Of a stretch of DNA of 24,000 bases, positions 16,154-24,000 are shown piece after piece. Source of the stretch: Clostridium pasteurianum BC1 (GTDB lineage Bacteria > Bacillota > Clostridia > Clostridiales > Clostridiaceae); NCBI RefSeq assembly GCF_000389635.1, contig NC_021182.1, positions 3,613,925 to 3,637,924 of the forward strand, read 5' to 3'. The stretch's first letter is position 1, and each line of letters opens with the position of its first letter. A model generated the notes under the pieces. It searched no databases and was not told the origin of the DNA. It saw nothing but the letters and a program-made list of their open reading frames with translations. Made by a program: the position numbers and the translations under genes.

Positions 16154-16696
16154 TTAGTTTTTAATTTTATTAATGCTCTTTATGGTATTAAAAATAATTA
16201 TAAAAGTAAAAAGTCTTATAAATATGTCTCCAATACTTAAAATACTGTATCCTAAATCAATAGTATCAGTTAAAAATTTTAGTTTACTGGCTTCATTTCC
16301 CAGAACATGTATATCCTTAACTTTTATGAAGACATCCGGTTTAACATAACCGGTTAAATATGATAATGTTGGAAACACAGGCATTTTACCACCATTAGCT
16401 GAAATTGCTATCTTATTTAGTATAGTGCCTGTAATAATGCAAGCTGACCCTATAATGGCGCTGAAATATTGTTTATATTTAATAATTAAAATTAAAAATG
16501 TACAGATATAAATGGGTTCTAATATACCAGCAAATTTTATAAAATTATAATTTTCAAAGAACACTGTCATATTTAAAAAAATATATATAACCATAAATGC
16601 TAATACAGGATATACTTCCCAAGACATAAAAAATGGTTTCAGCTTGTACCCTCTTATTTTTGCCGCCAACATAGCTATGAGTATAGTTTCTAGCAT
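16154..16696 (-). CDS. small polytopic membrane protein, unknown function (possibly DUF5317-like), first gene of the agr operon
   Basis: 180 aa. GAGGGA RBS 8 nt before the ATG. Carries the motifs NGGKMPV and SIGD in an otherwise hydrophobic protein. The DUF5317 resemblance is from memory and unverified. Confidence 0.75.
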   Translation of the reverse strand: MLETILIAMLAAKIRGYKLKPFFMSWEVYPVLAFMVIYIFLNMTVFFENYNFIKFAGILEPIYICTFLILIIKYKQYFSAIIGSACIITGTILNKIAISANGGKMPVFPTLSYLTGYVKPDVFIKVKDIHVLGNEASKLKFLTDTIDLGYSILSIGDIFIRLFTFIIIFNTIKSINKIKN

Positions 16697-16812
16697 AATA
16701 CATGTCCCTCAATCTTTTGTCATATTCTTAATATTGATAGTTTATTTTTATTAAATAATTTCATGTATAATTATAAGATTATGAACTTGTTATTTTCGCT
16801 CTAATTAGCTAT

Positions 16813-16821
16813 ATTATAACA
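16813..16821 (-). promoter_or_regulatory. extended -10 (TGtTATAAT) candidate promoter of the agr operon
   Basis: The minus strand reads CTGTTATAAT, with TATAAT at 16818..16813 and TG at 16821..16820, about 115 nt upstream of the 180-aa gene. The -35 is weak. Confidence 0.4.
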
Positions 16822-17097
16822 GTATTTTTTATTAAATGCTATTTCTTTTTTATTTTATAATACTCATTAGTGATTAATTTACTTTGATTTAACACTAGAT
16901 TAAAAATTTCACATAGAAATTGCTGTTTAAATTGCTAAATTATCCAAAAATCATGCTAATATGTATGTTAGAAATTATTATTAAACTTTTGCTTACGTCA
17001 AGCAAATATTCTCAGAAATCTTTATTTTTAATGTTATAGTACAATTGACCTTGTATAATTCTAGCTTGAAAACCGTATTGAATTTTTTTAATGAATA

Positions 17098-17778
17098 TTA
17101 CAGTTTCTTTAATTCTGCTACTTCTTCCTCTGTAAGATTACGCCAGTTACCCATATCTATACCATCAATTTTTATATTAATAATTCGAATACGTTCTAGT
17201 TGCACAACTGTATATCCAAAAACCTTACTCATTCTTCTAATTTGTTTATTCAGTCCCTGTGTGAGAATAATACGAAAAGTATCTCCTTTAACTCTGCTCA
17301 CTTTGCAAGGTCTTGTCTTAACCCCACAAATTTTCACTCCTTCAGACATTACTTTCATGAAAAAATCATCAAAGGGCTTATTAACAGTTACTATGTATTC
17401 TTTCTCATGTTTATTTTCTGACTCCAAAATTTTATTGGCTAGCTTCCCATCATTTGTCATTAATATTAACCCTTGAGATGCTTTATCTAATCTGCCAACA
17501 GGGAAAATATATTCTGGATAATTCATAAAATTAATTATATTGCTTTCTACTTCCTTTGCTGCCGTACAGGTAATTCCCACCGGTTTATTTAATGCAATAT
17601 AAATTTTATCTTTCATAGGAATAGGCTTATTATCAATGAGGATAATATCCTTCTCCTCTACCCATTGCCCCAGTTCACAAAGTCGCCCATTTACAGTTAT
17701 TCTATTTTTCTCAATAAGTCTATTGGCTTCTCTCCTTGAACAAAAACCAAAATTACTAAGAAGTTTATTAATTCTCAT
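17098..17778 (-). CDS. RsuA/RluF-family rRNA pseudouridine synthase with N-terminal S4 domain
   Basis: S4-like N-terminus MRINKLLSNFGFCSRREANRLIEKNRITVNG. The catalytic motif GRLDKASQGLILMTNDG is present. Confidence 0.88.
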   Translation of the reverse strand: MRINKLLSNFGFCSRREANRLIEKNRITVNGRLCELGQWVEEKDIILIDNKPIPMKDKIYIALNKPVGITCTAAKEVESNIINFMNYPEYIFPVGRLDKASQGLILMTNDGKLANKILESENKHEKEYIVTVNKPFDDFFMKVMSEGVKICGVKTRPCKVSRVKGDTFRIILTQGLNKQIRRMSKVFGYTVVQLERIRIINIKIDGIDMGNWRNLTEEEVAELKKL

Positions 17779-17943
17779 TTTAAAATATTATCCTTTCATT
17801 TCTATCTACGAATTATAAAACTTATTATATCTTAAACATATTACAAGAGGATTTAGTATTGCAATGTTCAATCTAATGCATGAAACTCTGTTTATCGCCT
17901 CAACTAACGTACATACAAAACCATAAATTAGTTTACACTATAA

Positions 17944-18039
17944 CCACCTAGTTTAAAAGGTCATGATATTTTGTCTCCAGAAGAAAAAGCATATATTGCT
18001 GGAATAATAGATGGTGAATGTACATTTTTTAATAATTAA
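17944..18039 (+). pseudogene. remnant of a LAGLIDADG-type homing endonuclease N-terminus
   Basis: The stop-to-stop frame reads PPSLKGHDILSPEEKAYIAGIIDGECTFFNN*. AYIAGIIDGE(G/C)TF matches the LAGLIDADG signature. There is no ATG, only 31 codons, and it lies just beyond the ssrA 3' end. Confidence 0.35.
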
Positions 18040-18053
18040 CAGTTTTCATATGC

Positions 18054-18089
18054 TAAAAAACCCACATTAAAATCACTTTTAATGTGGGT
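18054..18089 (-). terminator. Rho-independent terminator of ssrA
   Basis: Perfect 13-bp stem ACCCACATTAAAA (18060..18072) / TTTTAATGTGGGT (18077..18089) with a 4-nt loop. On the minus strand TTTTTT follows. It starts 10 nt after the tmRNA CCA end. Confidence 0.85.
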
Positions 18090-18099
18090 TTATCTTCAT

Positions 18100-18456
18100 T
18101 GGTGGAGGCGAGGGGTATCGAACCCCTGTCCGAAAATAGTAATATCTAAGCATCTCCGAGTGCAGTCTCCCTTTTAACATTCCCTCCATCAGACGCCAAG
18201 AGACAGGCTTCCGACTTTAGTAGCTTCATAAATCCCGTTTCTAGGTCAAAGCTTTCCTAGACTCGTTTCCCCACTGTCGACGCCCATCCTTAAGCCGTGG
18301 GACTCAAAAGGCGGACGTAGCAGACTACGCTGCTAAAGCTAAATTATCGTTTTTAGCGTTTATATTTAATCCCATAGTTTTTTGACGCGGGTCCACAGGT
18401 TCCCTCGACTCGCTTCCTAGGTACAACGTATCCCCGTCGAAACCAAGTACGCCCCC
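18100..18456 (-). ncRNA. ssrA: tmRNA (transfer-messenger RNA)
   Basis: The minus-strand 5' end is GGGGGCGTACTTGGTTTCGACGGGGATACG. The 3' end is GGGGTTCGATACCCCTCGCCTCCACCA, giving a T-arm, an acceptor stem with the G3-U pair, and CCA. The tag frame GCT AAA AAC GAT AAT TTA GCT TTA GCA GCG TAG (18357..18325) predicts AKNDNLALAA. Confidence 0.95.
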
Positions 18457-18673
18457 TTGTCATATTACCTTCATAAATATGAAAGTATTTATTGTAAAAT
18501 ACTAACCACTCAGTGGAACTAATATTTCACATTGCAACAAAGGTCATACGCAAAACAATAGCTTTCACAAATATATTAAATTTTTATTTGTTTATCAATT
18601 ACTGTAACTACATATTACACTATGTGCACAAGTTAATCAAGTATTATTTTTAAGTAAAATTTGTAAATTTTTT

Positions 18674-19147
18674 CTACTGTTTCATTCTTTCCTTCATTTG
18701 TCTGTCAATTTCTCTTTTTGCAGCTTTTTCTAACATAGCATCTCTTTTATCATAATCCTTTTTACCTTTAGCTACAGAAAGCTGTACCTTAACTCTGCCA
18801 TTTTTAAGATATAAAGATAGGGGAACTAAGGTATATCCTTTTTGTGAAGTATATGCCTCAAGTTTTCCTATTTCTTCTTTATGCAAAAGAAGTTTTCTCT
18901 TTCTAAGAGGATCTCTATTAAATATATTTCCCTGTTCATAGGGACTTATATGTACATTACACATAAATACTTCCCCATTATTTATTTCTGCATAACTATC
19001 CTTAAGATTAGCTTTGCCTAGTCTTATAGATTTTACTTCTGTACCTACAAGTTCTACTCCACATTCCATGGATTCTTCTATGAAATAATCATGTCTAGCT
19101 TTTCTATTTTCAGCTAATGTCTTATTAGTCTTACTCTGTTTAGCCAT
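18674..19147 (-). CDS. smpB: SsrA-binding protein SmpB
   Basis: 157 aa. [12 protein letters not shown]...GTEVKS...ISPYE...[12 protein letters not shown] is the canonical SmpB pattern. Adjacent to ssrA. Confidence 0.95.
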   Translation of the reverse strand: MAKQSKTNKTLAENRKARHDYFIEESMECGVELVGTEVKSIRLGKANLKDSYAEINNGEVFMCNVHISPYEQGNIFNRDPLRKRKLLLHKEEIGKLEAYTSQKGYTLVPLSLYLKNGRVKVQLSVAKGKKDYDKRDAMLEKAAKREIDRQMKERMKQ

Positions 19148-19180
19148 AAAAACACCTACTTTAGTTTATTGCAGTAATTT

Positions 19181-19209
19181 ATTATACTGCAAATATTCAT
19201 ATACGTCAA
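19181..19209 (-). promoter_or_regulatory. sigma-A-type promoter for smpB (TTGACG-17-TATAAT)
   Basis: On the minus strand, TTGACG is at 19209..19204, then a 17-nt spacer, then TATAAT at 19186..19181, about 35 nt upstream of the smpB ATG. Confidence 0.6.
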
Positions 19210-19271
19210 TTTTAAATTTCTATATTATTCCATTTTATCTTCAATTAACAATTAAAGTTATTCACATTATT

Positions 19272-21542
19272 TTATTCCTCTTCATCACTTATTTCAGGTT
19301 TATACACATTACCTATATCTTTCACTGCTCTTGGAAGATGAATTTCTTCTATTTTCTCTTTTGAATCTAAATCTTCATTTTCTTCTAGTTTTTCTTCCGT
19401 TAGATTATTATCTCTAGCTTCATCTTCCTTTTCCTTAGGAATCTTAAAATAAATTTCATGAGAAGCTAAATCAACCTTTTGCACCTCTATTCTCACTTCA
19501 TCTCCAAGTCTATATATTTTTTTAGTTCTTTCGCCAATAAGACTTAAATGTTTTTCATCGTATATATAGTAATCATCACTTAAATCACTTATATGCACTA
19601 GTCCTTCAATAGTATTAGGAAGTTCTACAAATATTCCAAAATTCGTTACAGAAGATATTATACCATCATATTCTTCACCAATCTTATCCTTCATGTATTC
19701 AGCCTTTTTAAGATCATCTACTTCTCTTTCCGCTTCCTGGGCTACTCGTTCCATATCTGAAGACTGTACAGAGGCATAGTCAACAATTCCAACTAATTTT
19801 TTTGATCTTTCCCCATCTATTTTTCCATGTAGAAACTCCTTTATTATTCTATGTATCATAAGATCAGGATATCTTCTTATAGGTGAGGTGAAGTGGCAGT
19901 AATATTTAGCAGCAAGCCCAAAATGCCCTACACATTCAGGAGAATACCTTGCTTGCTTCAGGGATCTTAATAATAATGTACTTACTACGGCTTCTTCCTT
20001 TTTCCCCTTTACTTCCTCAATAATTTTTTGCAATTCCTTTGGATGAACTTTACTTCCCCATTTAACTACATAGCCAAGATTATGGGCAAATTCATTAAAA
20101 TGCTCCAGCTTTTCTGTGTCTGGATCTTCATGAATTCTGTAAACAAAGGGAAGATTAGTCCAAAACATATGCTCTGCTATAGTTTCATTGCATACCAACA
20201 TAAATTCTTCTATTACCCTATTTGCTACGGCCCTTTCGTAGGGCTTTATATCAATTGGTTTTCCCTGTTCATTTAATATAATTTTACTTTCTTGAAAGTC
20301 GAAGTCTATGGCTCCTCTATTCATTCTCCTTTTGTACAGAATATCGCATAGTTCACCCATAGCTATAAAGTCTTCATATAAATAATCATATTTTTTTATA
20401 GTTTCCGTATCTTTATCTCTAAGTATCTTAGTTACATCTGTATAAGTCATTCTCTCATTTGTTTTTATTATACTTTCAAATACATCGTGATTAACCACTT
20501 CACCACTTTTATCTATTTCCATAAAACAACTAAGTGCCAATCTATCTACTTTAGGGTTTAAACTGCATATGCCATTAGAAAGTTTCTTTGGGAGCATAGG
20601 TATAACTCTATCTATGAGATAAACGGAGGTTCCTCTTAAAATAGCCTCTTTATCTAGTGGATTCTTTTCTCTAACATAGTTAGAAACGTCCGCAATATGA
20701 ACACCCAGATAATAGTTGCCATTATCTAATTTTTGTATAGATACGGCATCATCCAAATCCTTTGCATCTTCTCCATCTATAGTAACCATTTTAATATCTC
20801 TTATATCTTTTCTATTTTTATACTCTTCTTTTGGTATAGTATCTGGTATATTTTCTGCAAATTTTAATACATTATCAGGAAATTCCTCTGGAAGCTTGTG
20901 CTTTTTTATAATAGTCAGTATGTCTACTCCCTTATCCTCTTTTTTACCTAATATTTCAACTATTTTACCTTCTGGATTTCTTCTCTTTTCTGGCCATTCT
21001 ATTACTTCTGCAATAACTACATCTCCTGTTTGGGCTTTTCCCTTAACACTCTTAGGTATAAATACATCCTGGTGTATTCTAACATCATCAGGAACTACAA
21101 AGCCAAAATTTTTACTATCTTCATATACTCCTATTATGGTCTTATTAGCTCTTTCCAATATTCTTATTATTTCACCTTCACATTTTTTCCCACCATTTTC
21201 TTCTCTTGTTATCTTAGCTACTACTCTATCTCCATTCATAGCTCCATTCATAAAAGAACTGGGTATAAAAATATCCGGTCTTTCCAGTTCACATATTACA
21301 AAACCAAACCCCTTGGCATTTCCTTGAAGTTTACCTACTACAAGTCCCATTCTCTCTGGTATACCATAATGTTTTGTCCTATTTTTAACAATAAGTCCTT
21401 CTTGCTCCATATCATTTAAAAGCTTCTTAAAATTATTTGTTTCTGATTTTCTGATATCAAATATTCTTGAAAGCTCTAATATATCCATAGGCTTATATGC
21501 TTGTTCTCGCATAAATGGCACTATCATTTCTCTTAAATTCAT
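19272..21542 (-). CDS. rnr: ribonuclease R
   Basis: HTH/cold-shock N-terminal domains. The RNB core has DGEDAKDLDDAVS and TSPIRRYPDL, and there is a C-terminal S1 domain (GIISSVTNFGIFVEL) plus an acidic tail. The ORF track opens at TTG 21560, but ATG 21542 (MNLREMIV...) has GGAG 9 nt upstream and is preferred. Confidence 0.93.
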   Translation of the reverse strand: MNLREMIVPFMREQAYKPMDILELSRIFDIRKSETNNFKKLLNDMEQEGLIVKNRTKHYGIPERMGLVVGKLQGNAKGFGFVICELERPDIFIPSSFMNGAMNGDRVVAKITREENGGKKCEGEIIRILERANKTIIGVYEDSKNFGFVVPDDVRIHQDVFIPKSVKGKAQTGDVVIAEVIEWPEKRRNPEGKIVEILGKKEDKGVDILTIIKKHKLPEEFPDNVLKFAENIPDTIPKEEYKNRKDIRDIKMVTIDGEDAKDLDDAVSIQKLDNGNYYLGVHIADVSNYVREKNPLDKEAILRGTSVYLIDRVIPMLPKKLSNGICSLNPKVDRLALSCFMEIDKSGEVVNHDVFESIIKTNERMTYTDVTKILRDKDTETIKKYDYLYEDFIAMGELCDILYKRRMNRGAIDFDFQESKIILNEQGKPIDIKPYERAVANRVIEEFMLVCNETIAEHMFWTNLPFVYRIHEDPDTEKLEHFNEFAHNLGYVVKWGSKVHPKELQKIIEEVKGKKEEAVVSTLLLRSLKQARYSPECVGHFGLAAKYYCHFTSPIRRYPDLMIHRIIKEFLHGKIDGERSKKLVGIVDYASVQSSDMERVAQEAEREVDDLKKAEYMKDKIGEEYDGIISSVTNFGIFVELPNTIEGLVHISDLSDDYYIYDEKHLSLIGERTKKIYRLGDEVRIEVQKVDLASHEIYFKIPKEKEDEARDNNLTEEKLEENEDLDSKEKIEEIHLPRAVKDIGNVYKPEISDEEE

Positions 21543-21662
21543 AATTTCAACTCCATTCAAAATAATATATATCTTAATTTTTAACTATTAAAGATATAAT
21601 ATTCATAAATAATTATATTTTTAGACCTAATTAGTAAATTTTATAAAATTAATTTCTATAAT

Positions 21663-21700
21663 AAAAAAGGTATAATTCTAAGTACTAATAGAATTATACC
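21663..21700 (-). terminator. Rho-independent terminator after secG
   Basis: Perfect 12-bp stem GGTATAATTCTA (21669..21680) / TAGAATTATACC (21689..21700), followed on the minus strand by TTTTTT. Confidence 0.85.
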
Positions 21701-21710
21701 TCACTTAATC

Positions 21711-21953
21711 TTATTTTTGTATAAATCTTGGTAAATTTTGTGCAATAACCGAAAGTGCAAATATTACGGAAAAAACAATAGTTACTCTAGCAAGCATAGA
21801 TTCACGAGTCTTAGATTTATTTCTTGAAAAAAATGTATCTGTGGTTCCAGAAACAAAATTAGTAAATCCATCCATTTTACTAGGTTGCATTAGAATAGAA
21901 ACTATAACAACAATAGCTGCTATCACCTGAATAATTATTAATAAATTGTGCAC
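21711..21953 (-). CDS. secG: preprotein translocase subunit SecG
   Basis: 80 aa with two hydrophobic helices. ILMQPSKMDGF sits in the position of the SecG LLQxGKGxG loop. GTG start with AGGAGGT 7 nt upstream. The eno-secG-rnr synteny is conserved. Confidence 0.8.
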   Translation of the reverse strand: MHNLLIIIQVIAAIVVIVSILMQPSKMDGFTNFVSGTTDTFFSRNKSKTRESMLARVTIVFSVIFALSVIAQNLPRFIQK

Positions 21954-22143
21954 AAGTAAAACCTCCTATAGGCAATTTAAACATCTAAAAAATAACACTA
22001 TACTACCCACTTATTATCTTTAAAAAACAGCTTAATCTGTTATATGTAAAAACAAATTTTACTATGATTATTTATATTTAATTTTAGGCATTATGTTCAA
22101 CATTATTCATTTTAGCATATTTAATTAATTATTACAATATAAA

Positions 22144-22177
22144 GAACCACTTGATGAATTAATTCATCAAGTGGTTC
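22144..22177. terminator. strong palindromic terminator downstream of eno
   Basis: Perfect 34-nt palindrome GAACCACTTGATGAATT/AATTCATCAAGTGGTTC. It lies 126 nt after the eno stop. Confidence 0.8.
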
Positions 22178-22303
22178 CCTATATATAACCTAGGTCATCT
22201 TCAAATAAATAGCCAAGATGTCTAAGGCATCTGAAAATAAATAACAATTCAAAGATGCGACGTATATTTTGAAGATGTCTAATTTAAATTTAGCTTAAAA
22301 TTA

Positions 22304-23641
<1,338 letters not shown>

Positions 23642-23766
23642 TTAATCATAATGACCATAAAAATTAAATATAGTATTATTCAAACCCTTAGAATTAAATT
23701 TTAATCCTTGCATTTTATTCTAATAAATATTACCCAAACAATACCATCAATAGTGTAACCTTTTTG

Positions 23767-24000
23767 TTATTTTTTTATTAAGCTTTTTCCAGTCATTTCA
23801 GCTGGTGCTTCAAGTCCCATAACCTCAAGCATTGTAGGTGCTATATCTGCCAATACTCCATCATCTCTAAGTTCCTTTGAATCATTGCTTACATATACAA
23901 ATGGTACAGGATCAGTTGTATGTGCTGTCATTGGCTTTCCTGTAGAATAATCCAACATTTGCTCTGCATTACCATGGTCAGCTGTAATAAATACAGTACC
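23767..24000 (-). CDS. gpmI: 2,3-bisphosphoglycerate-independent phosphoglycerate mutase, C-terminal 77 codons (gene continues beyond the window end)
   Basis: The frame is open to position 24000 and reads [34 protein letters not shown]...[10 protein letters not shown], the conserved iPGM C-terminus. Located upstream of eno, as in glycolytic operons. Confidence 0.9.
   Translation of the reverse strand, partial: GTVFITADHGNAEQMLDYSTGKPMTAHTTDPVPFVYVSNDSKELRDDGVLADIAPTMLEVMGLEAPAEMTGKSLIKK

Noticed and set aside
16917-16942. Direct repeat AAATTGCT x2 upstream of the agr operon as an AgrA/LytTR-type box
   Set aside because: The start-to-start spacing is 12 bp rather than the ~21 bp of LytTR sites. 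It lies about 100 bp upstream of the candidate -10, and such repeats are easily produced by chance in AT-rich DNA.
17045-17818. Plus-strand ORFs 17045..17476, 17200..17421 and 17636..17818
   Set aside because: They are antisense to the clearly recognisable pseudouridine synthase gene.
17779-18099. Duplicated copy of the ssrA 3' end (att site) that would prove an island insertion
   Set aside because: I looked for TGGTGGAGGCGAGGGG-like sequence downstream of ssrA and found none.
20716-21419. 203-aa and 129-aa plus-strand ORFs
   Set aside because: They lie entirely inside and antisense to rnr. The Ser/Phe/Leu-rich shadow frames have no RBS.

Overview
Very AT-rich, Clostridium-like chromosomal window. 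Almost every gene is on the minus strand. The right-hand third is a conserved housekeeping block: gpmI (3' end), eno, secG, rnr, smpB, ssrA (tmRNA) and an RsuA/RluF-type pseudouridine synthase. The middle holds the most interesting locus. It is an agr-type quorum-sensing operon of two small polytopic membrane proteins, agrB, and a 41-codon agrD that the ORF track misses. A 6-TM GGDEF + HD-GYP c-di-GMP enzyme follows 57 nt downstream, and no AgrC/AgrA pair is in the window. Further left are a gldA-like dehydrogenase + DJ-1/PfpI pair, rpiA, and a MacB/FtsX-type ABC transporter whose 1119-aa permease carries a roughly 300-aa coiled-coil insert. Then come a translationally coupled Zn-phospholipase-C-like + GT4 glycosyltransferase pair, a secreted coiled-coil/3D-domain cell-wall protein, an unlisted 50-aa repeat-containing ORF, and two poorly characterised genes. 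Two copies of a ~103-bp intergenic repeat (about 80% identical, same orientation) sit at 5533..5634 and 12933..13036. All calls come from reading the translations, motifs and hairpins by eye. No database search was possible, so family assignments rest on recognised motifs.
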